A DNA stretch of 57,214 bases, filler included, from Dirinaria sp. TL-2023a (GCA_051941275.1; 4 parts of 4 records of this genome joined end to end with filler, not necessarily neighbours in it); one strand, 5' to 3'. Shown: positions 13,201 to 26,923, counted from the whole stretch's first letter. A program made the numbers and translations. The notes: generated by a model not told the origin, from the sequence alone.

Positions 13201-14253
13201 ATCTGAAGGAAAGAGGAGTGACGTAATGGAAGATGAGGAGCTGTTGCAAGGTTCTATTTAATGGCACTTCGATAAGTGTTGTGGAGCGCTTTCATGCTTT
13301 TACTTTCTTCTCTCTCTCTTATCAAGCCACACTTTCATAAACCACACCATATAAAAGAATCTAGGGTATTTACAAGAATTATTGACATATTCAGAATAAC
13401 CCCTGTGGGCGTTCTGATACCCAACGACAAATGGCGCTGAGGAGCCACTATTTCTCTGCCTCATTAATACACTTTAGGGGGGGCGCCAGAATGAGATAAG
13501 GTAGAAACAAGGCGGGTAAATACCTGAAGCAAATTCGACGAGACTCGGACTGATGACCAATGACGCTCGCATCCATCCCGAGCCCGAATGCTTAAATGCA
13601 CGTCTCTGAACAGCCTTTGGCGCCGCCATCGACCTAAATACAATTTTGCATCAATTGCATCTTATGAATCTTCGGTAACCACAATCGTGGCATTGATCCG
13701 TCCACCTCAAAACATAGCATAGCTCTCGTTGTCCCATCCCATTTTCGCCATCACTTGAATAAAGCCCCTATAATTACTTTAGGCGCCAAATTAGACATGG
13801 GAGGCGTGCAACAAAAAATTTCAACTGAGCCTGCATTCGACCTTGGCATCTACTACGGTTTCTTCTGCATACCCTTGCCTCATCCAGATCCACTTTTGCA
13901 ACTGACTGGAGAGAGAAAGGATTTCCACAAAAGTCTTTCGCAAGTTTTTTGAGGATCACACTTAAATTCCATTAGCTGTACCTATCGCCGCCTACATAGT
14001 TCATTGACTCGCCGACTCTACTCTTTAAATCGTACGTAAGTAAGAGCCCTTTAGAGTCATACCTCTCGTGATGGTACTTTGGGGTTTGTCATACCCATGA
14101 CGAGCCGACGAGCTCTATCACTACCCGCAGCCAAGTGGCTATCTCATCAAAGTGTGAAATGGATCAATGAGATATAGTGAGTGTAGATATAGTAGTTTAA
14201 AATAATTCCCACATTTCGCGGGACGAATGAGTTGGGGGGGGGTTGAAAGGCAT

Positions 14254-14353
14254 NNNNNNNNNNNNNNNNNNNNNNNNNNNNNNNNNNNNNNNNNNNNTTA
14301 ATTAATTAANNNNNNNNNNNNNNNNNNNNNNNNNNNNNNNNNNNNNNNNNNNN
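14254..14353. other. Artificial contig spacer (44 N + TTAATTAATTAA + 44 N)
   Basis: Exactly 100 bp, carries a six-frame stop linker, identical to the other two spacers. Confidence 0.98.
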
Positions 14354-14482
14354 CACTTCCTCCGCGCGAACCGGCATCTCGATACTAGAAACCTGTTATT
14401 TGGTTCCTTGGCTCCTAAACCAAACCCCCCCAACACCCACAAAAACCTTGGTCAGAAAATCGCCATTAAAGAATCACAGAAT

Positions 14483-14514
14483 GAAATGTAAGAAAGAAAT
14501 GTAAGAAAGAAATG
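14483..14514 (+). repeat. Short tandem repeat, 13-bp unit GAAATGTAAGAAA x~2.5
   Basis: Read directly; lies in purine-rich non-coding sequence. Confidence 0.8.
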
Positions 14515-15160
14515 GGATAGTGCAGAGATTTATGTTATTATAGGGAGTGCGGTGATTTTTTTTTTTTTCTTGGTTGGGATAAGGTAAGGAATATCGCACT
14601 ATACGACAGGAGATAGACTCATTCCATACCTTATATAAAAAAGAGAAGGGAAAAGAAGAAAACAGGGGGAGGGGGGTTGGAAATCTATCTTCCCCTCCAC
14701 TCGATTAGAGAGGGATTAACTGGCCGTGCGGTTTTTAAAGTCTAGAAAAGGAAAAGAAATTGGGGTGGTATTTGATTGTGATTGATTTGGGAAGCAGAGA
14801 GAGAGGGAAAAGAGAAAAAAAAAAGAGAAGTGAGGTTTATAAGCTTTGTTTCTTCTTTGGGGGTTGCTGGGAGTTTGAATTAAGAAAGGAGAGGGTGGGT
14901 AGCGGTTGGGATTTATTTTTTAGGGGTTTGTATAGTCTTTGGTATGGGTTATTCTCATGTATCTGCGTTTGAATTGAAGGTGAGGGGAGAGGGAAGGTCT
15001 CACGGGCTGGAGGTATATGGTTTTTTTTTTTAACTTATTTGGTAGGCTAGTCATTCTCGGGTTTACTCGGGGGATTTTGGAGAGCATCCGTCCTTTGCTT
15101 GCACTAGCTGAGTCTTCACGACAGTTATGACCACTTCATTGCCCTTCCTCACACCATACT

Positions 15161-18100
15161 TCATCCCTCCACTCCATCTTTCCCCTCTTCAAACAGCCTC
15201 ACAAACTCCAGGTTATCATCGATCAGATCCTGACAAGCCTTCTCCAGATCAAAAGCCCTAGCTTTGCTCGCCTCGGCTTTCGCAGCGACAACGTTATTAG
15301 CTCGGACGTAGGTGTGGAACTTTTCGAGCAGAGACTGCTCTGTGATGCTATGCAGCCGCTTCATGATACACCTATCGGCTCCTCGAAGCAGATCTAGAAG
15401 CTCATCGAGGCGGTCTGCGATCTTTTCTGTCGATGGCGTGTCCTGTAATGGCGGCAGAGACGTCGTGCCCGTATATGCGAATTTGACCATCCGTTCGAGG
15501 GTCGATGGTTCAAGGTCTTGAATAGCGATGGTCGCGTCTGGCTTTAGATTCTGGCCCCAATCGCCGGAGAACTGAGCTCTGCAATAGTCCGAAACGCCGG
15601 CCATGCAGACTTTGTGGGCCGCAATTCGAGTACCTTGAGCCTCGAAGGTGACGTCCAGCATTTCGCCTTGCTCCCAGAGTCGGCGGTAGTTTTGGATTAA
15701 GTAGTCCGATGTTGTCAGATCTTCGCTGGCCCTGGCGGGAGGCTGGATGTGTCGAGTGATAACTGCGTGGACGCCCAAGGCTTTTAATAACTTCTCATAG
15801 GGCGTCAAAAATCTCAAAGCATTCCTGTATGGAGCTGGATCTGCTGGGGAGTTGATGCACATGCGGTTAGCGGGCAAGAGATCACTCTTGATTTGATCAT
15901 GGGTAATCAGATCAAGATCAGTGGTGTCAACGTTAAGCCATATTGATTTATCCTGAACACCCGGTATTGCAGCGGTTTTATTGAAATTCTCTTGCAAGTA
16001 GCAATAACATGCTTGGATATCTTTCAGAAATTCAACGATCTCAGCAGAAGGAACGTCGGATCGTATCTCCAGCAGGTATAGGAGATGGTCATAGACGGTC
16101 TTAATGGACGGGCTCGCACATGCAGGCAGACATTCGTATATGTACTCCACTGGTGGTTGTTCCAGTATTGGCTGCTGACTCCAGCAGATGCGGACATTGC
16201 TGGCCTTGGCTGCTTCGAGAAGAGAGCAAGCTGTCCGGGATTGAGCAATTTCGTGCATATGAGATTGCTGATAAACCATCTCCAAGGATGCATCACTCCG
16301 CACTCGGAACATTCGTGTCTTAGCAATGTCAGCCCACGTCTCCGCTTTCCAGAGGCGAGAATTCTGTCTGTCAAAGGCCAAGTACTCAGCCACTGTTGAT
16401 GCATCAGCGGCCAACGATGAGTCATCGCTGGTTGCTTCATAGCGTGCGCTGATTGCGCGAACGCATTCAAGATATGCCTTCTTGGCTAGGCAGTCCGTTT
16501 CGTATCGTCTACGTAGTCCATTGAAGATCCAGTACTTCCGCAAGTTGCGGAAGTCTGGATGAATGAACCGATTCTGCTGCTGCTGCTCTTGATTAAAAGC
16601 TGCTCTGAAGACCGGGACTTCGTTGTCGTACAAGTCTTTCGCTCGACGTAACTTGCCCGTAACGTCGGGTGCTATTCGTGCTGTGGATGTAATGTTACGT
16701 CTCTGCAAGCACAGTAGCATCTTCGAAAAGCGGCTGTGGTCGGCGATACCTAGAATTTTGGGCAGATAGCCCTCTAAGTAGTTTCTCCACACTACCTCTG
16801 GGATCATCACCTCCATTTTTAAGGTGCTGAAGATTGATTCTCTTCCTGCTTTCCAGGATGGATGGATGAACCGATCCGCGTTTTTTAGCCAGGGTAACAG
16901 AACTAAGTCCGCATGTCCACATAATAGAGCATCTTTCGCAGCAAGAAAGTAACTCTCGTCTTCTGAGCCTTTCTTTGCAGCGCGAGGCCAGATAGGCAGT
17001 GCATGGAGTATGTCAACGTTGTCAACGGCCAAACCATTTTTGATACAGCTAAAAAGGATCTCTCGCAAAACCTTTGCGCTGTCAGCGATAAAATTTTAGT
17101 ATATCACCTGATATTTCAACACTTACTCCGACAGAATTCGGACTTAGACTTTTGCGAAGGTATGCAGTCAGATCCGGTTCGGATGTCTCCTTTATCTTTC
17201 GCAATGCACGCTCTAATCTCTTGAACGAAGCAACCTTCTCCATAACGCTCTCTTCCACCGCCAAAGTGGCTGGAATACCCTGCGCGTCCAGCAATTTCAA
17301 GCTCGCGATTTCTTGGCACACCTTGGTTTGTTCTGCGCTGTTCGGACTGACGATGCACGGCCCGTGCTCAAATTCATAGGGACTCAGGTATTTCCACCGT
17401 CCATCAACCAGAGCACGATAGATCGGGCAATGCGTCAAATTGGCTTTGGCCAAGATATGTGCAACACTCTTGTCCGATTCTCCTGAATCTGTCCGCGTGG
17501 CCTCTAAACGGGAGTTTAGATACCCCCACAGACTTCGATACCATTTATCCTGGGACGCTCCGTCCAGTGGTCTTTTTACCAGCGAGTCGGCGCGAGACAA
17601 GATGCGCCCAATATCATGCATCTGCATCGCTCGAACGTTTAAGGGCGCGTCCAATAGATTCTGTAAAAGGGGCTGCGGGAGACTACGGGATGAACTTGAC
17701 TCGAAGGGCTTCGAGTCCACTAGTGTATCCGCAGCGAAGGAGAATATCTCTACTTCTGCCACGAAATTCGGCACCAGCGCCCAATCTTGCGTTTCAGATT
17801 GCCTGTCGCTCTCCTCAACTACTTTTAAAAGCTTTAGGGAGCCATCATGCATTGGCAAAATTCTGCAGCCGCTCAATGGAACCATGGAGGTTTTATCTTC
17901 TGCACTGGATTTCGGAATGACAAGAGAGAGCAGTTTTCCTTTCGTTTGTGCCCTTTTCTCGGCCTCAATCGAGGCGAGAAAAGCTTCTAGGCGGGCACAA
18001 TTATTCTCATCCTGAAATAGCTGGCATAGATAGCGAGAATCCAAGGTAGTGACGTTCCTCCCTCTGAGTGAAGAGATTCGCGACATAAGTTTGGGAGAAG

Positions 18101-21100
18101 GCCGGACAAGTCGGGAGCACAATGTAGCAAGTAAAGGCTGAAGTGCGGTCTCGAAGTCCTCCGGAAGATTGTCAAATTGTGCTTTTGATAGTGTAGTGAC
18201 CTCGTGCAGTTTCCTGCTCCCGCCCTCCCTCGTCTTCAAAGGATTTGCGGGACTCGTCAAGGTCGCTGAGTTCAATGGAAAAAGAGGGTATTGTTCATAC
18301 TTAGACTCCGCAAGCTTCTCCCAGAAGGCTTGGGTCACCATTTGGCCATGCGAGGAGGTAGCGCCAGATGCAGACGGCCAGAAAATAAAAGCTTGAGGAC
18401 CAAGATTTGGGGCTAGATCTTTGAGAAATTCGATATAGAGTTCGGGTACGCAGCATTCTAGGAGCCACCGATTCCAACCTGAGTTTGGATCATGCTCTTC
18501 ATTGAAGGTGATTGTTCGACGATCACCCGTCATGCCGAAGGTGGCGTTAATTGACACCGGAAGTCCGATTTCGTAATTTGTTGGGAGCTTGTTGTACAAT
18601 CTACTTTTCCGGTTCTCAAACTTTTCAGAAACATAGCCGTCTACCCGCTTGACTGTTCGACTGATGCATGCAGCAATCCCGCACTCCGTTACTTTGAGTT
18701 TCCCTATGATGGGCGTAACATGATCTGGCGGAGCCCTGTCTATATCTGTCATACCAATGCGCCATAGCTCCTCGAAGTGTGGCTGACTATGGGTTGTGCC
18801 AATCATGCGTATCTGTTGAAATATCTCACCTGCAGAAGCATCGGATCGCGAGGCTTTTATTGCCCAAATGGCCTTGCTTTGGCCTCGAATACTAAATGAG
18901 ACTTCGCTAATGGACCGAAGAAATTGCATTGATGCCCGCGCGGTCTCATAGTACTCGACGAGCAAACGTTCGATTTCTATGTGCAGAAGCGGCTGAGCTC
19001 CGGCGAAAGTGCCATTGAGAGGCATGCGGAATATTGTGCCGTGATAGAAGTCCTTGTCCTTGTTGTAAGAGTACAATCCGTCAAAAGGAGCAAGCTGATC
19101 AGGATATAGTAGTCGAACTTTGCTCAAAGCCATCTTAATGCCAACCTTACGCTTTAAGTGTTTGTTCTTTGGGAGTAACTGCTGTTTGGGATCCTATATC
19201 TGTCTTAGTTACCACTCATAAGACCATAGGCGATAAATGTTCAGCATTTTGCAGGTTGCTCTGCCATGATCCAAAAGCCGGCACCACAGCTTAATGCGAT
19301 GAAGTTTGACTTAATAGTGAAGATAATCAGGGCCATCTAGGCTGCTGAAAATGTAGCTCAACTTACCAAAATAAGCAATGAATCGCCTGACAAAATCATT
19401 GGATTGTTTGTGAAGTGATACATAGACATGGATCCGCGTCCAAAGAGGCCTATCGATGTATTGCTCTCTAACTTTCCACCGCGACCAATGTCTTTGTAGC
19501 CTTCGAAATCTTTCGAAGAGAAAACTGTAAGGCAAAGTTAGATTTGGTGATCGGACGGTAACCGTCACATAAGTAGCATACCTCCATCATTATAAGCACA
19601 CAAAGCGGCTCCCTGTAAATCTCGCATCTTCGTGGTCAACAGCCTCTCACAGCCGTAATGCCCTTCTCTGCACAAGTCCAGAGACCATGAAATCCTTGTA
19701 GCTTGGCAATCCTCGGCATTCGCAAGAAATTCGCTGAAAGTACTTTGAATATGATAGCGTCTCAACGTATCGCAGATGATGGTCGTCAGTCGCTCACGTG
19801 GGATGTATTCGTCCTCGTCTTCATCATCAATCTCTATCTCCAGCCTAGCAGCCCTTTCTTGAACAGTTTCAATTCCTAGCTTCTCGGCAAGCTGCGAAGA
19901 GATTGCTGGATGTACAAAACGCAGATTCGCTGAAGATACCAAAGCGATTTCTCCGGTGACAACGTCGCACATCCGTTGTAGCTTGCGCTCCGTATCTGGT
20001 ACCATCAACTTAGTGGCATTCTCGTTGATCTCCGGCAGTCGTGAGGCTATCTCCAAGACAGCAACAGCCCTGCTCAGCTCTGCTTCGTCCAACGTGTAAG
20101 TCTCAGAAGAATCTATGCTTGATTGGACGTTGAGAAGGTCAGCTAGAGAGGGTTCTTGGCGGACGCTGAGGGCTAATAACAATTGATCATGCATCTCGGC
20201 GAATACTCCATCAACTTCATCGAGATATGGGTCTAAGGGGAAGAGCTTTAACAAGCCACCAGGGAGGAATGCTTGACATGGTAATAGATAAGTTCTCCGC
20301 ATGCCTCTAATGCATTTCCTGGATCGTAATAAGGAAAGGTCCAAATTTGCGTGGTGCATGTATTTCAGGACTTGGTCTACTTTCCCCGCTTGCTGTTCCT
20401 TAAGACTGGCGTCCAGCTGGCCAACCAAGAGTTTTTGGTCCAAGATTGCGTCCCATCCGAGCAATTTTGTCCAGTCCGGCTTGACTGTAGCCTCAAAAAC
20501 CCCATGAACGTGGTCAACAAGATTACGCTGGTCAGCTCCACGCGACTCGTTTGGCGAAAGTAGTGTTAGGGGTTTAACGGGCCTGGGAATAGCTGGTAAC
20601 CAACGGAGGTTCCTCATCTCAGAAATCGAGTCTAACGAAGAGAGAAGCCGTGGATCCAATGGCAACGCCAAGAGCATCGATGTTTTTTCAACAAGCTGGT
20701 GCGGGTCATTGCAAGTTGCATAGTAACGTGCGCGCTCGAGTGGCATGTCCCACGATGCATTGTGCCTCAGACCTAATTTTGAGAGAACTGCTCGATGTTT
20801 GCAAAAGAGCTCATTTTCTGGGAAAACCTTCTCGTCGGTGGAGGAGAGCTTTGCCATATCAGACGTAGGGTCGATAAGTTCGTGTACATAACCGTAAGTC
20901 CGAGCACGTTCGCCGCCCTGATGTTGCACTGGGATGATAGCATGCTTTTGCATCAGTTGTGCCCAGTGCTGACTTTGAAAACGTGACTGATCAAGAGCGT
21001 AATCCACAATATTGTACTTCATGTTCTCGATTGCTTTATCAACTCCATCCTCCATTGGCATCGCCGATGGGATTATGTGGCCGAACAGGAGTGTTTCTAT

Positions 21101-24100
21101 TGGAAGATTTTCAACAAGCCCAAAATAGCTATTGAGGTAGTGCTCTGTTGCACTAGGAAACTCATAAAACGCAATTCCGACGATGCCATAGACTGGCGGC
21201 AATGACGACGGTATTAAGACCGCAGTCTTCGACACTTCAATGTCGGTTCTGGAGGTACTCCACGATCTACATGGTGCATCAGCCAGTCAGTTCGTGTCAT
21301 TCTAAAACAGTTAAATGACAATATCAACAATTTCTTTTGTGAGCAAGATCACCCATTGTCGTCAGTACACGGACCTCTCTATTGTGATGGCTCATTACCT
21401 TGACTTTTTAGGGTTCGGACTGGTAAAAGGTGCCAGACTTACTTGAATGGACGAGATGTCTCGAGTCTTTTAAATAACGGCAGTTGCCGCATCTGCACAG
21501 CTATTTCTTGTCTGAAGTCCTCAAGCACAGGCTGTGGCAAAGCGTGCGAGAGCCTCTCAAGCTCTATCAACAACTCAAATTTAGCGTTCTCCGGAGCCTG
21601 AGCAAGGCTGACTCTGTTCGCAACGAGCCACAGAACGAAAGACTCTAGGCGATTTGACGACGCAATCGACATGGAAGGATTGGTGAGCGCTAGAGATCGC
21701 AGAAGGGTAATAGCCTCCGATGATAACACGTCACAATCGAGGATCTGCTGATGTAGTGTTTCTTCTTGGTTGATGGCGGCTACAAGGTGCCGATAGAAAG
21801 ATTCATTTTCTTCTATGATCAAGATTGGAGAACCTCTGCTCTGTGGCACGAGCTGGCGGATATGACCGCTCTTGACCGGGATTAGCCAGAGCTTCAAAAG
21901 CATTGGCAGGAATTCTTTCCCTTTTTCATATCTTGCCACGATCCATGTCCATATGGAAGTAAGGCGCCAATCCTGCTCTCTGTCACGCGGGATAGATCCA
22001 CGCAGTACTTCGGTATTTAGGTGCATCGGATACATCATTGGCCAATCGGATTCTAAGCTTTCTAGGCCACGATATGCGATGTTCTTTGGTATTGCCGAAG
22101 CAACATCTTTGTGAATGAGCGCCGACACACAAGGTGTAAGCCGGTTAAGGTCTGTGGTTCTCTCGCAGCGTGAAGGCGTGAATAAAACATTTCATCTGTA
22201 TCTCTCGGCAGTAACAGCTTTTGCCGTCCCATTGCAGCGGCTGCTCCATCAAGCGTCGGCCACAGCTGCAGTTGATCGATCTGTTGGTATGCAGCAAGTC
22301 TTGTAGAGTCACTAGGCGTCCCGCCGATGAGATCGAGAAGGCAATATTGCAGAAGCATCGGATCAAATGGCGTTGAAATGACAAGATTGTTTTGACTGCA
22401 GAGGAATAAACGGACACTGTCGGATGTGGTAAGTCGTAAGGACTGTCCGTATGTTTCTGTCAGAAGTTGAATTTTGTCGAGAAGAGTGGGTGGCAGCCAC
22501 ACCGCTGGCAGTTGGACTGAGGCTAAAGAACTCGAATAAATTTCCGCTGTGTCACTGGCCACGGAACCAAAGTACCCTTGCGTTAACGGGATGCAGTTGC
22601 TCGTTGAGCACCAGACCGGTAGATCTTCCCTAATGATATTCCTGGTTACAAAAGTGTCTAATTTGTTCCAAATAGACGTCGGCTCGCTTTCAATGCGAGG
22701 CCATAGCTTGAAGTCTTCTTCATTCCAGGACCTGTCTCTGCGAAACACTAGGAGATTTGTCCAAGCCTCTGCGACACAATTGGAGAACACGAAGTCATTC
22801 CACTTAGTTTCCATGTCCAAATACCCTGGAGTTTGCCCTGCTGATGATAGACGACCGCGGTCAGGGGTAATCGAGAACAAGCCGTGTATGTGTACGGGAT
22901 GATTAGTCTCTATAGGGAGTCGTAGGACAGAGAAGAGACGACCACTGAAAGACCCTGAGGCCCATTTATCCTGCCGAAAGATTCAGTACATGCCGCTCCC
23001 TCGGTAATCATGACGTTTTAGAAGAATTACCATTGGTGCTGCAATCGCGACCCACGCAAAAAGCTTTTTGCAGCGAGACCATTGATCCAATTCCGTGTCA
23101 CTGCTGGAACTCTTCATGAGGTGATGCACAAGGTATGAGTGGGTAGTTTCCCCCTCATTTTCAGCGAAAGACATATCCACATAGAAGGTCCTCGAACCGG
23201 CGATATGGCCGGTACTAGATGTAAGAGGAATGCATATGTTTTGAAAGTCATTTGGAACCTCGCGACGAGCCCTGCAAGAGTCTGTCAGTCTTCAGCAAGT
23301 AAGAGCTTGATGCAGCCGTACTGATCACTGATTGTATCGTGCCCTCGGATCTCGACTTTCCACAGCACCTCTTTGTCTATCCTGACCACCATTCGTCGAA
23401 TATGCTTTAGAAAAAGCAGTCCGCCCTGCTTCGCTTCATAGCCAAGCAATGACAAGGCTTCGGAGATCTGGTCTGTAGTGACTTCTCGATCGACAATCTT
23501 ACTCGTCGCCGCCTGTGCTTTGGTCCTCAGCGGGATCCTGATTATGGTGCCATCAAATGGCAGCGAGCGCGGTATATCGAAAAGACTGAAGGTCTTCAGG
23601 TGATTTTGAATCTCTATTGAGCCTGAGTCCTTCACTACATCCCAAGTTGGGCCTCCCGGAGTTCCACAATCAACCGACCACCTCTCATGAGGATCAAGAA
23701 TGAGTAACAAATTTCTGCTATAAACCCACGGTCCATCGGTCCAATGATAGCACTGATCATTGCTACTCAGTAGTATTTGGCTTGGCCAGGACGGTTTAGT
23801 ACTTACGGAATTGAAGCCTTGACCAAATTTGCCGGTTGAAGCTGGATCGTGCCGCTTTCGAGAGTCGCCAATGCTCGAAAGGCTCTGGAAGTCTTGGTCA
23901 CTGAATACGCTGTTGTTGCGTGCCAGCAAAGCTGGGCCATGGTACTGCTTTAAGTCGTCGTGCAGCAAGGCGTCGTCATTGTACGTATTGGAATCAAGCA
24001 CGTATTCGATTTCGGTAGCCTCAGCATCATCCGCGTTTTGGAGAAGCTCGCGGAGGCATGTAGCTGCTGGGTATGAGTCGCAAATTTGCCGCAACGCTGT

Positions 24101-24202
24101 GGTAATCGGTTGATGCTAGCTAGTTGCTTAGTGACGTCCTAGATCTGCACTTAGAGGGAATATCACCTGCTGGAAGTTTTTCACTGCTGCAGGAGGAGCC
24201 AT
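15161..24202 (-). CDS. Giant sacsin-like protein: two sacsin-repeat GHKL/Hsp90-like ATPase modules plus C-terminal BTB/POZ domain (roughly 2,800 aa, ~9 exons, one apparent 1-nt frameshift at ~22184-22187)
   Basis: Module 1: PITTALRQICDSYP..LRELLQNADDA..NNSVFSDQDF..GKFGQGFNS..GTIIRIPLRT..GRLFSVLRLPIETNHPVHIHGLF. Module 2: ERLTTIICDTLRRY..FSEFLANAEDC..YNDGVFSSKDF..IGLFGRGSMSMYH..GTIFRMPL..LPVSINATF. BTB: LDVTFEAQGTRIAAHKVCMAGVSDYCRAQFSG. Eight GT..AG introns join the ORFs in phase; one junction needs a frameshift. Confidence 0.85.
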
Positions 24203-25420
24203 GGTAAACACGCTCGATAGTGACAAATGCACAATAATTGCTTTACCTGAGATGGCGCGATACCAAGGGTTATACTCAGGAAAAAGAGCTTTTGACTATC
24301 GCTTTATCAATTGAGGGATGGAACTGTTAGACGATATTCATGTCTAGCCATGAGGTAAGATGGAATAGGTTAGAATCAAATGAGCATGCAGGTGACCGAA
24401 GAGTGAGACGTAATAGGTGGTTGAGCGCGAACATTCATCGATTCACAAAGTGATGCCTAAAAGAGCAATGATGCAAAAGAGCAATGCGAGACACCAACCA
24501 CAGCAAGAAGCTTAGGTCGGCCAATTGGCCACTTTTGTGCCTCCCAGGAGGTTTCAGCCGGAAACGCTTCAATCGAGACTAGCGAGTCATAGTGGCTAGC
24601 ATTTAGAATGCATCATGAGGATCAAAAAGTCCATCTGGTCTTGTCAGTGCGCATGCTTTAGACTTCCAAACTGTTTCGAAGCGTATCGTATGCTCCAGAA
24701 TCTATTTTATCCATGTCACCGCAAGACTGGGTTTCAGTTCTTCAGCCTACTTATTGACGCACTATTCCATTGCATTTCCTGTGTCATGATGCTAATGCAA
24801 CTATGCCGATTTGTCTGTTTCAGGATCGCTTTCCACCTGTAGACTGCTCCACTGCCAACGCGTTGATCCGATTGCGATATCCCATCGCCTAGGAAGATCA
24901 ATACGGTACCTGGTAATGGATAGTGACTTGCTTGGCAGGCCTCTCAAGAACATTGTGCTAGGATATGGGATTATTTTCTCCAAAGCAAGCGGAGCGAAGA
25001 AATAAGCGAACCAGATTGAGTCGATTTTTCAAACAATCGAGCTGCCACGATGCGCGTCTTGAGGTACAGTACGTGAGCTTTCGGTTGGGCAGGAGCTGAG
25101 GAGTAACCGCCCGTAGCGCCGGCGCTCAGCCGAGACATTTGGCGCTGCCCTGCACGGATCAAGTAATGGGGTCAATCAGCCTTCCAGACTGGCAGTACCT
25201 TGTTTGACATCATTCAATCGGAGCAATGACCTTACAGCCCCTATCCCGACCGCCGTACTTTGCCAGGATCACAAACGGACCAGTTGCCCTCCTTCAAAGC
25301 ACCGTGATGAGTCATGCACAGTAGTTGAACAAGCTACCTCACGCCTAATATCGTCACCAATTGGCTGTTTCTAACCCTTCCCGTATATCCGTGTCTCATA
25401 GACTGTCAACAGCACTATCC

Positions 25421-26476
25421 TCATGATCCTTCGCCGTCCATCATCTCCTCATCCTCATCATCACTTTCTCCCAGATCTTCCGCATCGGCCACTCCTCCCT
25501 TCTTAATAGCCCTTACAATCTTGGCATTTTCGCCTTTCTCATACTGCCCACGCACAGCTACAGAAATCTCCTTCTGTCCCAGGACCTTGGCTGCCTTAGC
25601 GAATGCGTTGACCATCCGACAACAGCCTTGCGGGCAGAAGATGGATCCGATGTCGAGAATCAGCCGTGAAAGGGACTCGAGGGACTCAAGGACACAAAGA
25701 TCGTTCTCCCAGACAATGCTGTTCATCACTCGGCCATTCTAGATACCTAAGTTAGCAAAGACGATTCAAGTGGTCATTGGTGCAAAGCCAGGGAGGTTCA
25801 AGAGCAAGATCACCCTGCCCAAATCTGCGCGCCTCTGTTGCTCTCATTGAGGGTCAGGTGATAACCATAATATCAAATAGAATATTGCAAAGTTCGACTC
25901 AAGGCAATTTTCCAGGGCTATGGAAACAGAAAGCAGCACTTACCTCATGGAAGATCTGACGACGCTGCCTAGGGGTCATAGTTTGCCACGCCGGAAGGTT
26001 CCACTGACTCTGAATGTAGGCATGCTGACGAGCCTCGCCCATGATTTCCGGCTCGCCTATCAGGCTGATATTCTGAATCAAGTGCCTTGATCTATACATC
26101 TCATCCTCGGTCGGATACGCGTGCATGCAGAGCGGCTCTCCGGCGTTGAAAAAAGGGATGAAGTTGTTACAGGTACTGAGCACGAAGATGCCCCGCCCGT
26201 AACTACGTTAGAATGCGATCAGGATCCGCTATAGAAGTAGAAAGACATTAGTAATACTCACAGAATCTCGTTGCCCTCTGTGTGAAGCTGCTTGTTGACG
26301 CGCAGTACGCTGGTGTGGGGCGCTTTGCGATCATTCTTGGGGCAGTCGCAAGCGCAGGGCTTGTAGTCATAAGGAAATAGCATATTCTTCTCCAAAAGGA
26401 GGAGCTCGAGGATGGAGTCGCGGATTTCGCGGGGCAGTGTGAGCAATGTGGGCATCGCTGCCGTATTGGTTGCCAT
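25421..26476 (-). CDS. Hypothetical protein with N-terminal F-box-like motif (3 exons)
   Basis: LLTLPREIRDSILELLL...VLRVNKQLHTEGNEILY is the common fungal F-box-like N-terminus. Introns at ~26260-26203 and ~25944-25739 join in phase to a FCPQGCCR-containing last exon with an acidic tail. Confidence 0.7.
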
Positions 26477-26923
26477 AGTGAACGTGCTGGTTGAGGTTGA
26501 CTGGGTGCTGTGAGAATGTAGAAGTGGTTGAACTTCTGGTGATGGAGGAGAGACCGGCTTGTTTATATGAAGATAAACAAAGGTAAGCGCGTCCGGCAGC
26601 AAACAAGCACCAAGTGTCTAACAGGAGGATAAAGCAGAGATCTGCAAGAATGTGTAGTCACTCTTGCCAAGATCAGGTTTGAAAGATGTGCTGCAGTATC
26701 GGTGCATTGTTGGGTACTGTGATGTTCGTGATTTTCCGTTGTTCCCAATATTTCCTTATTTCGCCAAGCTACCGTATCAAATTCGCTCTAGTGATAAGGG
26801 GCTTCCGATAGCAAAACAGCAACACCGGAGAGGGCAGTGCAGATCAGATGAAGTAGAGTCAGTCGCACTCAACTGAGCATCTTGGTCAATGGATTTCCTT
26901 CATGCAGCTCTACGACTTTTTTG

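Noticed and set aside
14298..14309. TTAATTAATTAA palindrome, repeated at all three gaps, as a biological repeat or recombination site
   Set aside because: It always sits between two runs of exactly 44 N: a synthetic six-frame-stop linker.
14354..15160. Purine-rich, poly-T/poly-G region as a telomere or transposon
   Set aside because: No (TTAGGG)n array, TIR/LTR or transposase remnant; consistent with ordinary low-complexity UTR or intergenic DNA.
24615..25162. Short ORFs between the sacsin-BTB and F-box-like genes
   Set aside because: No recognisable motif or consistent splice structure; treated as intergenic.
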